The notes under the pieces: model-generated | Database searches by the model: none | What the model saw: only the letters and a program-made list of their open reading frames with translations | What the model was told of the DNA's origin: nothing | Shown: in pieces, positions 23,149 through 33,620 of the stretch | How positions within the stretch are numbered: position 1 is the stretch's first letter | Layout of the letters: the number at the start of each line of letters is the position of its first letter | Made by a program: the position numbers and the translations under genes | NCBI GenBank assembly: GCA_000146045.2 | Contig: BK006948.2 | Span: 32,001 to 96,000 of the forward strand | Direction: 5' to 3' | Source of the DNA: TPA_inf: Saccharomyces | Taxonomy: Eukaryota | DNA: 64,000 nucleotides

Positions 23149-23557
23149 TTCCTTTTCATGCTTTTGAACCCACTCTCTGGGGCAATATTTCATTGTTCTC
23201 TTTTATATGGCTACTTTTCTCTTATTAACGGGGACCTCCGAAAATATCTCCGCTCCCAGAATATGTCATAGAGCCTTAAGAATTGACCTACGGGAACCTC
23301 CGAAAACCTCCCAGAGTTTTAATTATACGTCATAGAACCCCAGACCTCTTCGATGAAGTTTCGTGGAAACTAGTTCCATCCACCTCACTTAAAGTTACCT
23401 TAATGAAAGCCATCATTGTTTACTAGTAAGGGTAGTGGTGTGACCCGGACCTGATCGGCTGAAATTTTTTGGTTTAGAGAAGCATATTAAACCAACAGCA
23501 CAAACGGATGCTTCAGCAGCTCATCTCCAGCATTTCGACTAACCAAGAGCATACAAG

Positions 23558-24280
23558 ATGTCTACGTTCATATTCCCTGGTGATAGCTTTCCTGTAGACC
23601 CTACTACACCTGTTAAACTGGGCCCTGGCATATATTGTGACCCCAATACTCAAGAAATACGACCTGTTAATACAGGTGTTTTGCATGTTTCCGCTAAGGG
23701 TAAGAGTGGTGTTCAGACCGCATATATAGACTATTCTAGTAAGAGATACATTCCATCTGTAAACGATTTTGTAATCGGTGTCATTATAGGGACATTTTCA
23801 GATAGCTATAAGGTTTCGTTGCAAAATTTCTCCTCCAGTGTTTCACTATCGTATATGGCTTTTCCCAATGCTTCAAAGAAAAACAGGCCAACTTTGCAAG
23901 TGGGAGATCTAGTGTATGCGAGAGTTTGTACCGCAGAAAAGGAACTAGAAGCCGAAATAGAATGTTTTGACTCAACTACAGGACGCGATGCTGGTTTCGG
24001 GATATTGGAAGATGGTATGATCATTGACGTGAATTTGAATTTCGCACGCCAGTTGCTTTTCAATAATGACTTCCCGTTATTAAAAGTGTTGGCTGCACAT
24101 ACCAAGTTTGAAGTCGCCATTGGTCTCAATGGGAAGATCTGGGTTAAGTGCGAGGAATTATCTAACACTTTAGCTTGTTATAGAACCATAATGGAGTGTT
24201 GTCAAAAAAACGACACGGCAGCGTTCAAGGATATAGCAAAAAGACAGTTTAAAGAAATACTTACGGTCAAGGAGGAGTAG
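23558..24280 (+). CDS. RRP40: Exosome non-catalytic cap subunit Rrp40, with S1/KH domains (YOL142W), 240 aa
   Basis: Complete ORF recognised. A PAC-like GAGATGAGCT (RC of 23517-23526) and an AAATTTTTT run lie upstream. Confidence 0.9.
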   Translation: MSTFIFPGDSFPVDPTTPVKLGPGIYCDPNTQEIRPVNTGVLHVSAKGKSGVQTAYIDYSSKRYIPSVNDFVIGVIIGTFSDSYKVSLQNFSSSVSLSYMAFPNASKKNRPTLQVGDLVYARVCTAEKELEAEIECFDSTTGRDAGFGILEDGMIIDVNLNFARQLLFNNDFPLLKVLAAHTKFEVAIGLNGKIWVKCEELSNTLACYRTIMECCQKNDTAAFKDIAKRQFKEILTVKEE

Positions 24281-24451
24281 ACTACCATGTATAATTAAAA
24301 TATATAAACACATAGATATCATCAATATTTCACGTCCTTTTTTAATGTCCTTTGAAAAAGCGAAGGAAAAAAAGTTTCATCTCATCTCATCTCATCACAT
24401 CTAACATATGGCCATAAAATTTCGACAACTATAGTGCACATATCTAATACG

Positions 24452-26539
24452 ATGAAGAATCTGACCACTATAAAGCAAACGAACAAGAATGTCAAACAAG
24501 AAAGACGTAAAAAGTACGCTGATTTGGCGATTCAAGGCACAAATAACTCCTCAATTGCTTCTAAAAGATCGGTAGAGTTATTGTATTTGCCAAAACTGAG
24601 TTCGGCTAATAATTTCCAAATGGATAAGAATAATAAACTGTTGGAATATTTTAAATTCTTTGTTCCTAAGAAAATTAAAAGATCTCCCTGTATTAACAGA
24701 GGTTATTGGTTGAGGTTATTTGCCATCAGGTCAAGATTGAACTCCATCATTGAACAAACGCCACAGGATAAAAAGATAGTTGTTGTTAACCTTGGTTGTG
24801 GGTACGATCCATTACCATTTCAACTATTAGACACCAATAACATACAAAGTCAACAATATCATGACCGAGTTTCCTTTATTGATATTGATTACTCTGATTT
24901 ATTGAAAATTAAAATTGAGTTGATCAAAACTATACCCGAGCTTTCGAAAATTATTGGTCTTTCTGAAGATAAAGATTATGTTGATGATAGTAATGTTGAT
25001 TTTTTGACTACTCCAAAGTATCTCGCCCGACCATGCGACTTGAACGATTCTAAGATGTTCAGCACATTGCTAAATGAGTGTCAATTATACGATCCAAACG
25101 TTGTCAAAGTATTTGTTGCTGAAGTATCACTGGCGTATATGAAGCCGGAGCGTTCTGATAGTATAATCGAGGCAACTTCTAAGATGGAGAATAGTCATTT
25201 TATTATTCTTGAGCAGTTGATTCCAAAGGGACCTTTTGAACCCTTTTCTAAGCAGATGCTAGCTCATTTCAAGAGAAATGATTCTCCGTTACAGTCTGTA
25301 TTAAAGTATAATACTATCGAGTCACAGGTTCAACGATTCAATAAGTTAGGTTTCGCTTACGTTAACGTGGGTGATATGTTTCAACTGTGGGAAAGCGCAG
25401 ATGAGGCAACCAAGAAGGAACTTTTAAAGGTAGAGCCTTTTGATGAACTAGAGGAGTTCCATTTATTTTGTCATCATTATGTTTTATGCCACGCTACGAA
25501 CTATAAAGAATTCGCATTTACTCAAGGGTTTTTGTTTGACAGATCAATATCTGAGATAAACCTAACTGTGGATGAAGACTATCAGCTTCTAGAATGCGAG
25601 TGCCCCATCAATAGAAAATTTGGCGATGTAGATGTCGCTGGAAATGATGTGTTTTACATGGGAGGTAGTAACCCATACAGAGTAAACGAAATATTACAGT
25701 TGAGTATACACTACGACAAAATAGACATGAAGAATATTGAAGTAAGCAGCAGCGAGGTTCCTGTAGCAAGAATGTGTCACACTTTTACAACTATTTCTAG
25801 AAATAACCAGCTACTGCTTATTGGAGGTAGAAAGGCACCACACCAAGGTCTCTCTGATAATTGGATATTTGATATGAAAACAAGAGAGTGGTCGATGATC
25901 AAGAGTTTATCACACACGAGATTCAGACATAGTGCATGTAGCTTACCGGATGGAAACGTCCTGATCCTTGGTGGGGTTACAGAAGGACCTGCCATGCTGC
26001 TATACAATGTCACCGAAGAAATCTTCAAAGACGTAACTCCAAAAGATGAATTCTTCCAAAATTCGCTAGTATCAGCGGGTCTAGAATTTGATCCGGTTTC
26101 CAAACAAGGCATAATATTGGGTGGTGGATTTATGGATCAAACAACTGTCTCGGACAAGGCAATTATTTTCAAATATGATGCGGAAAATGCTACTGAACCA
26201 ATTACGGTGATTAAGAAGCTCCAGCACCCCTTATTTCAACGTTATGGATCCCAGATAAAATACATTACTCCAAGAAAGCTATTAATAGTCGGTGGAACAA
26301 GTCCTTCCGGGCTATTTGACCGGACCAACTCTATAATCAGCCTTGATCCGCTGAGTGAGACGCTAACATCAATTCCCATATCAAGACGCATATGGGAAGA
26401 TCACTCACTAATGCTTGCTGGATTTAGTTTGGTGTCCACTTCTATGGGCACCATACATATCATTGGAGGCGGTGCCACTTGCTACGGCTTTGGATCAGTG
26501 ACTAATGTAGGTCTTAAGCTCATAGCAATCGCGAAATAA
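24452..26539 (+). CDS. PPM2: tRNA wybutosine-synthesis methyltransferase Ppm2/Tyw4, LCM methyltransferase plus Kelch repeats (YOL141W), 695 aa
   Basis: ORF recognised. Start at MKNLTTIKQ, Met7 of the ORF beginning at 24434. Ambiguity of 6 codons. Confidence 0.82.
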   Translation: MKNLTTIKQTNKNVKQERRKKYADLAIQGTNNSSIASKRSVELLYLPKLSSANNFQMDKNNKLLEYFKFFVPKKIKRSPCINRGYWLRLFAIRSRLNSIIEQTPQDKKIVVVNLGCGYDPLPFQLLDTNNIQSQQYHDRVSFIDIDYSDLLKIKIELIKTIPELSKIIGLSEDKDYVDDSNVDFLTTPKYLARPCDLNDSKMFSTLLNECQLYDPNVVKVFVAEVSLAYMKPERSDSIIEATSKMENSHFIILEQLIPKGPFEPFSKQMLAHFKRNDSPLQSVLKYNTIESQVQRFNKLGFAYVNVGDMFQLWESADEATKKELLKVEPFDELEEFHLFCHHYVLCHATNYKEFAFTQGFLFDRSISEINLTVDEDYQLLECECPINRKFGDVDVAGNDVFYMGGSNPYRVNEILQLSIHYDKIDMKNIEVSSSEVPVARMCHTFTTISRNNQLLLIGGRKAPHQGLSDNWIFDMKTREWSMIKSLSHTRFRHSACSLPDGNVLILGGVTEGPAMLLYNVTEEIFKDVTPKDEFFQNSLVSAGLEFDPVSKQGIILGGGFMDQTTVSDKAIIFKYDAENATEPITVIKKLQHPLFQRYGSQIKYITPRKLLIVGGTSPSGLFDRTNSIISLDPLSETLTSIPISRRIWEDHSLMLAGFSLVSTSMGTIHIIGGGATCYGFGSVTNVGLKLIAIAK

Positions 26540-26758
26540 TGCTCCTATCGGGATTCGAATGGTTGCCAGCTCGCTATGTGACTCACTTAAAGTACATGAT
26601 GCGTCATTGTGCACTTTTTTACGAAATAATGGCCTTTTTCCGCTCTATTTAAAAGCGTGAAAAAAAAATTGCAACATGAAGAAAATTCGACTCTTAAGTG
26701 CAAGTGACTGCGAACATTTTTTTCGTTTGTTAGAATAATTCAAGAATCGCTACCAATC

Positions 26759-28030
26759 ATGTTTAAAAGATATTTATCCAGTACGTCATCAAGAAGATTT
26801 ACAAGCATTTTAGAGGAAAAGGCCTTTCAAGTGACCACTTACTCTAGACCTGAAGATCTATGTATAACTAGAGGTAAAAATGCAAAGCTGTATGATGACG
26901 TGAATGGTAAAGAATATATCGATTTCACCGCAGGTATTGCGGTGACCGCATTAGGCCATGCAAATCCTAAAGTGGCAGAAATTCTGCACCATCAGGCTAA
27001 CAAACTGGTTCATTCCTCCAACCTTTACTTCACTAAGGAATGTTTGGATTTAAGTGAAAAGATTGTTGAAAAGACCAAGCAATTCGGTGGTCAACACGAC
27101 GCCTCAAGAGTATTTTTATGTAATTCTGGTACGGAAGCAAATGAAGCTGCTTTGAAGTTTGCAAAGAAACATGGTATAATGAAAAATCCTAGCAAGCAAG
27201 GCATTGTTGCATTTGAGAACTCTTTTCATGGCCGTACTATGGGCGCTTTATCTGTCACTTGGAATAGTAAATATAGAACTCCTTTTGGGGATTTGGTTCC
27301 CCATGTCTCATTCTTAAATTTGAATGACGAAATGACCAAACTACAAAGTTATATCGAGACCAAAAAGGACGAGATTGCTGGTTTAATTGTCGAGCCCATA
27401 CAAGGTGAAGGTGGGGTTTTTCCCGTAGAAGTTGAAAAGCTAACCGGATTGAAGAAAATATGTCAAGATAATGATGTGATTGTCATTCATGATGAAATTC
27501 AATGCGGTTTGGGCCGTTCAGGTAAACTATGGGCTCATGCTTATTTACCAAGTGAGGCTCATCCGGATATTTTTACATCTGCCAAAGCATTGGGAAATGG
27601 CTTCCCCATCGCTGCCACCATCGTCAATGAAAAAGTTAATAATGCTTTGAGAGTTGGTGACCACGGCACCACGTATGGTGGTAATCCGCTGGCCTGTTCT
27701 GTAAGCAACTATGTTTTGGATACCATAGCAGACGAAGCTTTTTTGAAACAAGTCTCTAAGAAGAGTGATATCTTACAAAAGCGCTTGCGCGAAATTCAAG
27801 CCAAATATCCAAATCAAATAAAGACTATCAGAGGAAAAGGTTTGATGCTTGGTGCTGAGTTCGTCGAACCACCCACCGAGGTCATCAAAAAGGCCAGAGA
27901 ATTGGGACTTTTGATCATTACCGCTGGTAAGAGTACCGTTAGATTTGTTCCCGCATTAACGATTGAAGACGAACTAATCGAAGAAGGGATGGATGCTTTT
28001 GAAAAGGCTATTGAAGCGGTTTACGCTTAA
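26759..28030 (+). CDS. ARG8: Mitochondrial acetylornithine aminotransferase, class-III PLP aminotransferase (YOL140W), 423 aa
   Basis: Complete ORF recognised. PLP-lysine region and N-terminal presequence present. Confidence 0.92.
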   Translation: MFKRYLSSTSSRRFTSILEEKAFQVTTYSRPEDLCITRGKNAKLYDDVNGKEYIDFTAGIAVTALGHANPKVAEILHHQANKLVHSSNLYFTKECLDLSEKIVEKTKQFGGQHDASRVFLCNSGTEANEAALKFAKKHGIMKNPSKQGIVAFENSFHGRTMGALSVTWNSKYRTPFGDLVPHVSFLNLNDEMTKLQSYIETKKDEIAGLIVEPIQGEGGVFPVEVEKLTGLKKICQDNDVIVIHDEIQCGLGRSGKLWAHAYLPSEAHPDIFTSAKALGNGFPIAATIVNEKVNNALRVGDHGTTYGGNPLACSVSNYVLDTIADEAFLKQVSKKSDILQKRLREIQAKYPNQIKTIRGKGLMLGAEFVEPPTEVIKKARELGLLIITAGKSTVRFVPALTIEDELIEEGMDAFEKAIEAVYA

Positions 28031-28213
28031 ATATACTTTGTAAATTGTCATGTATAGATTGTTTTTTTTTTTTTCATCTTTATATTGTAGTATAAAAAAT
28101 GCCATTCGGTCAGAGACACATAGGAACATCTTACGTGATATGTACATGTGGTGCGTCTTTCATACCTTGAATGATATAATTAATAAGAGTTGTCCTTTTA
28201 ACGTCATCCTCTC

Positions 28214-28237
28214 TTTTTTTTTTTTTTTTTTTTTTTT
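28214..28237. repeat. Poly(T)24 homopolymer in the ARG8/CDC33 convergent 3' intergenic region. A T13 run lies nearby at 28063-28075.
   Basis: Seen directly. Confidence 0.95.
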
Positions 28238-28382
28238 CTCCTTCATTTTGACTTTTCCTTCTGTGTTAACATGATGAGTTTATACGTGCATCCTAACTAG
28301 TAGAATGTATATATATTATATTATGATTATATATATAATTTTGATTAAAATAACAATTATCTTAAGAAAAATTCAGACTATC

Positions 28383-29024
28383 TTACAAGGTGATTGATGG
28401 TTGAGGGTGTCTACCATTGGCACTGGAATGTGGAAAGAATTCCAAATGCCCGTCATCGGTTAATTTTAAAACTTGCTTGAATTTACCACCAATTCTCAAT
28501 AGTGGTTCTTTGTCTTCAGATTTAGTCCATAAGGCAAACTTGTTACCACCTTTTCTAATGCTTAAAACGACACCGTTAATTTGGGAGTCGTCTTCATCAA
28601 TTGTTTCACCAATAACTGCTAGTAAAGTTCTTAGCCATAATTCATCAATATCAGCACCTTTTCCTCTAAGTTGGAAAGACCATTTACCACCTTTAGCATT
28701 GGCTTCATCTTCCCATTCAGGTCTAACGTCATTACGGAAGACGTGGTAATCTGATTTCAATGGTAGTTCGTGTGGCTCAGGAATATTTTGAATGATAGCC
28801 CAAAATTCTTCAACAGTTTGGAATGAAGTGACGGGACGTAATAGATCAGACCACGACTCAGATTTATCGACGGCTGGCTTTGTGTACCATAAAGTCCATT
28901 TGGTGTTCAATGGGTGCTTGACATCGAAGTGAGCACTGTCACTTAAAACAGTCTTTGGAGTAGCTGTGGTATCATCGACTGAAACGTTTTCTTCAAACTT
29001 CTTGCTAACTTCTTCAACGGACAT
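28383..29024 (-). CDS. CDC33: Translation initiation factor eIF4E, the mRNA cap-binding protein (YOL139C), 213 aa
   Basis: ORF recognised. Start at MSVEEVSKKF, Met6 of the longest ORF. Conserved cap-binding Trp residues present. Confidence 0.9.
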   Translation of the reverse strand: MSVEEVSKKFEENVSVDDTTATPKTVLSDSAHFDVKHPLNTKWTLWYTKPAVDKSESWSDLLRPVTSFQTVEEFWAIIQNIPEPHELPLKSDYHVFRNDVRPEWEDEANAKGGKWSFQLRGKGADIDELWLRTLLAVIGETIDEDDSQINGVVLSIRKGGNKFALWTKSEDKEPLLRIGGKFKQVLKLTDDGHLEFFPHSSANGRHPQPSITL

Positions 29025-29324
29025 TTTTCTTCCTTTCACTAGTTTTCAGACAAAAATGCTTTTATTTTTCGTAAAACTCCTAGGAAGTACTCAAGCACTA
29101 ACACAAACACATATGTACAATATAAATCCAGAATTAACACTACCTCTTGCAATGTAAAACTCTCTTTATCAGGTATTGCATTAAACTCTATTGACGACGA
29201 AAAAAATTTTCTTTTCGGAGAGGGTAATAAAATTTTACCCGACCTTTTTGACGGGTAATATTACTCTAAACGATTTAACTAAACAATGGTGATGATATGT
29301 TAAACTATACATTATGTGGAGAAC

Positions 29325-32300
29325 CTAGATGAATGCAACACCGGGGCAACCGCCGGGACATTCTTGTTCATTCTCATCGAGAAACCATTCTTGTATGCAC
29401 TGGAAGTGACCTTCGTGTCCACAGGGGAGGATGACCATGGTCAGTTTCTTTAATGGTCTTTCACATAGAACACAAGATGTATTCTTCTTCTTACAAGAGT
29501 CACAATACCAGTATCCAAACTTGTCCATGATCTTCTTATTGCCCGTCTGCTGAGCTTCCGCTCTGAGCTTTTCTTTAGAACTTTCGTTAGTGATTAACTC
29601 ACCACAGCGTTCGCAAAACAACCGAATGGAAGATTGGTCACCCTCAGAACCCATGATATCTTCGAATGGGCAGTATTTTAAGACGTCTGCAGCAATGCCG
29701 AAGAGTTCGTATCGATGTAATAATAACAAGAAGTGAGCGATTGCGTCCTTTGCAATGTCGATTTCTGTTATTTGGTATATCGTTTGGAAAAGAAATAAAA
29801 TATTCACCGTCAATACGACGTTCCCAGTCTCAGTAGCTTGATTGTAGAGTTGTTTGATGAGTTTTTTCGTGTCCCAGGGTGGGTCAGCGATAATTTTCTT
29901 GCATTTGGCAAGCTTTTTCGTCAATGAAGAAGACAGTTGTTCCCTACCAATGCTATCTGGCCGTGATGGCGCATGTCTGGGCGATCCGATTATTGGTGCT
30001 GTATGGGAAGAAAGCTTTTTAAAAGTTTCTAGTTGCGAGGTTGTTGTGGCATAGCTTTGTAGCGACGAAACCTTACTGCGTGGGCTTACGCTGTTGTAAG
30101 TAAACCTAGGAGATATATTGTCATCTTCGTTACCTATGTCCGTATCTCCATTGTAACCGTTGGGAGAATGCAACATGAAAGTATCTATGAATGACTTGCG
30201 GTGCTCACGTTTCTGCAATATTGGTATACTTTTCGCGATAGGAGACGCGTGAAATTGTGCTGACTTAGTCGGTGAGTCATGAGGCTGTTCTTCTTCTTGA
30301 TGTTCATGTTCGTCTTCCTCTATAATCACATCGTCACTCACTGTTTCTCCCATTTTAGTCCTTGACTCCAAGCGTTGGTTCTGTAGCTCTTTTAGCTTAG
30401 TTAAAACTTCATCTGAATCCTCATTTGGCTGCGCATAGGGGATTATTTCCGTGTTTTTGAGCTGCTCTTTGAGCTTAGAAACAGGTTTCTTTTCGGCATC
30501 ACTTGGTTCATCAGAGTTAGCACGAAATGCCTGCGGCCTTTCTTCAACTAACGACTCAGCCCCACTTGTCCCTGCACCATCCTCCTCTGGGAACTCTTTT
30601 CCTGTTTTCAGATTTTCTCCAGCTTCGAAATCGGAGCTTTCATTGGCATCCATATTAGATGCGTTATCTGATGAAATTTGGGAGGAGGTCATCCACTTCA
30701 AGTCCCATAACAATGAATCTCTTATCAAGATCCAGATTTTGAAGTTGGTTAGATCATCTATGGATAGATAAACAGATGCGTTATGCGTTGCAATAGATAT
30801 CAAATCTACCAGTGTTTGTATTTTTTCTTGCAGTTCTGCTTCCACGTTCTTGTCGATCTTCCTAGCTCTGTCATGACTTTGCCTACTTGCAGAAATGGAA
30901 GATATACTTGATCTGACATCCTTCTCGTCAAACTCCCTCGAACTACTGGAATTTCTTTTGGATTTTTTGTTATTTACTTTTTCATTCATTAAGGTAGCCC
31001 ATGTATTATTTTCTGGAAAATTGTATTTTTTCAAAAGGTGACTTTCGATTATTTTGTCATCATCATCATCATCATCATCATCATCACCATCATCATTATT
31101 ATTGGTAGTAGTAGTATTATCACCATGTGTTTCGGTTGCGTTTTTAACGACGTCAATGTTCTCTATATCATTTTTATATGCAGTGTCTGCACTGTCTGAA
31201 ACATTATGCTCTCGAATATACGAAAACTTGAGCTGTCTCGCCAAATATTTGAACTTTTCTACTGGAGAATTTTTCATAGAAGAACTTTCGGAAATGACGT
31301 TCTTTTTTCTTGAATGTGCGATTTTGGTTAATCTTATGTTATTGAAGATCTGCGGTATATCCAAAGTGATGATACAAGGCGGTTCAATGGCGATTTCTTC
31401 TCTATTTTCAGTTTGTGGCGTCAGGGATGTCAATGATGCGGAAGAGCTGTTAAAAGAAGATGCTCCAGATGCTAATGTTAAGCTTTTTGTGCTAAACGTT
31501 GGGCCTGCTTTTAAAGTAGGCGGCCTCTCTGGCGTAAAACTTGTTAATCCAGTATGGCTAAATCCTTTTTTTATCCCTCCAATTATTCCCTGGTTCTCTG
31601 GATTGCCATTCTTCGGGTTTTTTATTGTACCTGGATGCTTCTTGCATGTGGTACTTGAGGTAGGTTGAAGCTCCGGTTCTACCACCTCATATGAGCCTAT
31701 CTCTTGGTCAACTGAAAGTAAACCGTTACCATCCAAATCTCTCCAAGTTGTTGTATTTTTGCTCAAATTTTCGAGCACTGTTGGTTCTTTGTTAATGTCC
31801 CAGCCATTTATACGGGTCCCCTTATCGATATTAAAGATCAAGTTTTCGTCCCACCATACTAATCCTAAAGAAGGCGTTTCTGATAGGAGAACATGTTTTG
31901 GAATGTACTTTCTTGCCAAGGAATAGATGCGAACTTCAGCTTCGTCACCCATTGACGATATTCCTAGTAATGAATTATATATATTACTACTATAAGCAGG
32001 CTTGAACTTCAATTTAGTGACTGGATAGCCCGTATTAATTGTTAGTTTGGGAAATGCCAGCGAGCCGCTATTGTTCAAGGACGTATTGGGGGCATGTAAC
32101 GAGGGAGAGTTCCCGTAATTGAGGACTGTATTTTCGGCGGCATTGGCATTGTCGCCAACAAACCAGAGGCAGCATTTACCGTCTCTACCACCTGTAGCAA
32201 TGTATTCTTGATTGGGATGCCAATTTAAACAAAGACCGGGTCCTGTGTGAGCATTTAATTTTTTTTCGTATTGGGCAGGTTGTCGAAGATCAAACTTTAG

Positions 32301-33350
32301 CAAGTATCCCGAATCGTGAATAGAAGCAAATTTGTAACCGCTTTTTAAATTACCATACGTTGATGAACCTTGATCGTTCTTAGATGCAAAATTGTAACCG
32401 GGCATCCATTTTACATCTCTGATTGAGTCAGATGCGGTATTTATACTAATGTCAGATCTATTTGAGCTTTTAGATTTATTGGAACGTAAATCCCATATTT
32501 TTACACAACTATCTTGTCCACCACTTATTATTAGGTTTGATTCGACCATGTTGAAGTCAAAACTATTGATAGATCTAGTGTGTTCGCATAAGGATGTTAT
32601 CAAGGGATTGTCTATCGAGGAACTCTTATTGAGATCATATATCGATATCGCCGTAGAATTGTTGCACACTGCAATACAGTTCTTGTAATTATTAAATCCA
32701 GTCTTAACATCCGCAATGGTACTAAATTTGTTCTGTCTTGTTCTTTTGCTCAGCTTGGGCAAAAGGGATGTCGTTCCCCTTGTTGAGGTGTTGCTATTAG
32801 GTGTTATGAAATCATGAACGCATTTGATAGATCTATCTGAGGGCGAGAATTTATAGAGCCCCAAATGAGTTTTACCTGCACAAACAAGACCGTTAATGTT
32901 TGGATCATTCACTTTGTCTATACTAGATAATTCTTTATCCACTTTGGTGGTGTAAATGAGTCCAGACGACTTTCTTGTATTTGTGTTGATTGCATTTTTC
33001 TTTGTTTTGATTTTCATGTTCGATTTATTGCTCATGCTTCCGGTTGTTTTTGCGTAAGGATTCTTATCATATGGCAAATAACTATCGTTGAATGAACTAG
33101 TTCTGTGACTTTCAGGCATATAAACCCCATTACTGTAAGAAAAAGTTGGAGTTAGATTAGGTCGCCGTATAGAATCTAACACGGAAGGTTGTCCACTATT
33201 TGAGTAATGATTCATTCGAAAAGAAGAATTGTTGCTTGACGAAGATCCAAGAAACTCGCCCTTGCCTATAGAACTAACGTTTCTGTTTTTTGGTATCGGG
33301 GTACTCCCCTTGGGAATGGAAGCATTTTCTACGTGTGGTGATAAGCTCAT
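29325..33350 (-). CDS. RTC1: SEA/GATOR complex subunit Rtc1/Sea2, with an N-terminal WD40 and a C-terminal RING-like Cys/His cluster (YOL138C), 1341 aa
   Basis: ORF recognised. Start at MSLSPHVEN, Met4 of the ORF. Internal poly-Asp stretch encoded by a (GAT)n run at 31057-31095. Confidence 0.85.
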   Translation of the reverse strand: MSLSPHVENASIPKGSTPIPKNRNVSSIGKGEFLGSSSSNNSSFRMNHYSNSGQPSVLDSIRRPNLTPTFSYSNGVYMPESHRTSSFNDSYLPYDKNPYAKTTGSMSNKSNMKIKTKKNAINTNTRKSSGLIYTTKVDKELSSIDKVNDPNINGLVCAGKTHLGLYKFSPSDRSIKCVHDFITPNSNTSTRGTTSLLPKLSKRTRQNKFSTIADVKTGFNNYKNCIAVCNNSTAISIYDLNKSSSIDNPLITSLCEHTRSINSFDFNMVESNLIISGGQDSCVKIWDLRSNKSKSSNRSDISINTASDSIRDVKWMPGYNFASKNDQGSSTYGNLKSGYKFASIHDSGYLLKFDLRQPAQYEKKLNAHTGPGLCLNWHPNQEYIATGGRDGKCCLWFVGDNANAAENTVLNYGNSPSLHAPNTSLNNSGSLAFPKLTINTGYPVTKLKFKPAYSSNIYNSLLGISSMGDEAEVRIYSLARKYIPKHVLLSETPSLGLVWWDENLIFNIDKGTRINGWDINKEPTVLENLSKNTTTWRDLDGNGLLSVDQEIGSYEVVEPELQPTSSTTCKKHPGTIKNPKNGNPENQGIIGGIKKGFSHTGLTSFTPERPPTLKAGPTFSTKSLTLASGASSFNSSSASLTSLTPQTENREEIAIEPPCIITLDIPQIFNNIRLTKIAHSRKKNVISESSSMKNSPVEKFKYLARQLKFSYIREHNVSDSADTAYKNDIENIDVVKNATETHGDNTTTTNNNDDGDDDDDDDDDDKIIESHLLKKYNFPENNTWATLMNEKVNNKKSKRNSSSSREFDEKDVRSSISSISASRQSHDRARKIDKNVEAELQEKIQTLVDLISIATHNASVYLSIDDLTNFKIWILIRDSLLWDLKWMTSSQISSDNASNMDANESSDFEAGENLKTGKEFPEEDGAGTSGAESLVEERPQAFRANSDEPSDAEKKPVSKLKEQLKNTEIIPYAQPNEDSDEVLTKLKELQNQRLESRTKMGETVSDDVIIEEDEHEHQEEEQPHDSPTKSAQFHASPIAKSIPILQKREHRKSFIDTFMLHSPNGYNGDTDIGNEDDNISPRFTYNSVSPRSKVSSLQSYATTTSQLETFKKLSSHTAPIIGSPRHAPSRPDSIGREQLSSSLTKKLAKCKKIIADPPWDTKKLIKQLYNQATETGNVVLTVNILFLFQTIYQITEIDIAKDAIAHFLLLLHRYELFGIAADVLKYCPFEDIMGSEGDQSSIRLFCERCGELITNESSKEKLRAEAQQTGNKKIMDKFGYWYCDSCKKKNTSCVLCERPLKKLTMVILPCGHEGHFQCIQEWFLDENEQECPGGCPGVAFI

Positions 33351-33620
33351 GATTTTCAACTAAATCCACTCAATAGCTCACTCGCCTTCAGCCAGCAATC
33401 GCACCATATGTATTATCAATCGGTTTTCCTTTTTCAGTAATCATCGTTATATATCGATGTTTTTGACAAATTAAAAAGAACGTTCCGAGACAGAAAAATT
33501 TAAACTCTCCGATCATGCATAGCTAGACATTCAACAGTATTCTAAAATGCTATAGTAAGAAACCAAGAATAAGATCCTAGGGATTCATAGTATAATTTAA
33601 TCCATATATAAGTTTTCAGC

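Noticed and set aside
29854-32688. Plus-strand ORFs (66-204 aa) within RTC1, including a 204-aa poly-Ser ORF at 31054-31668
   Set aside because: The poly-Ser frame is the antisense reading of the RTC1 (GAT)n poly-Asp run. It is antisense to a conserved WD40/RING gene. Not credible coding.
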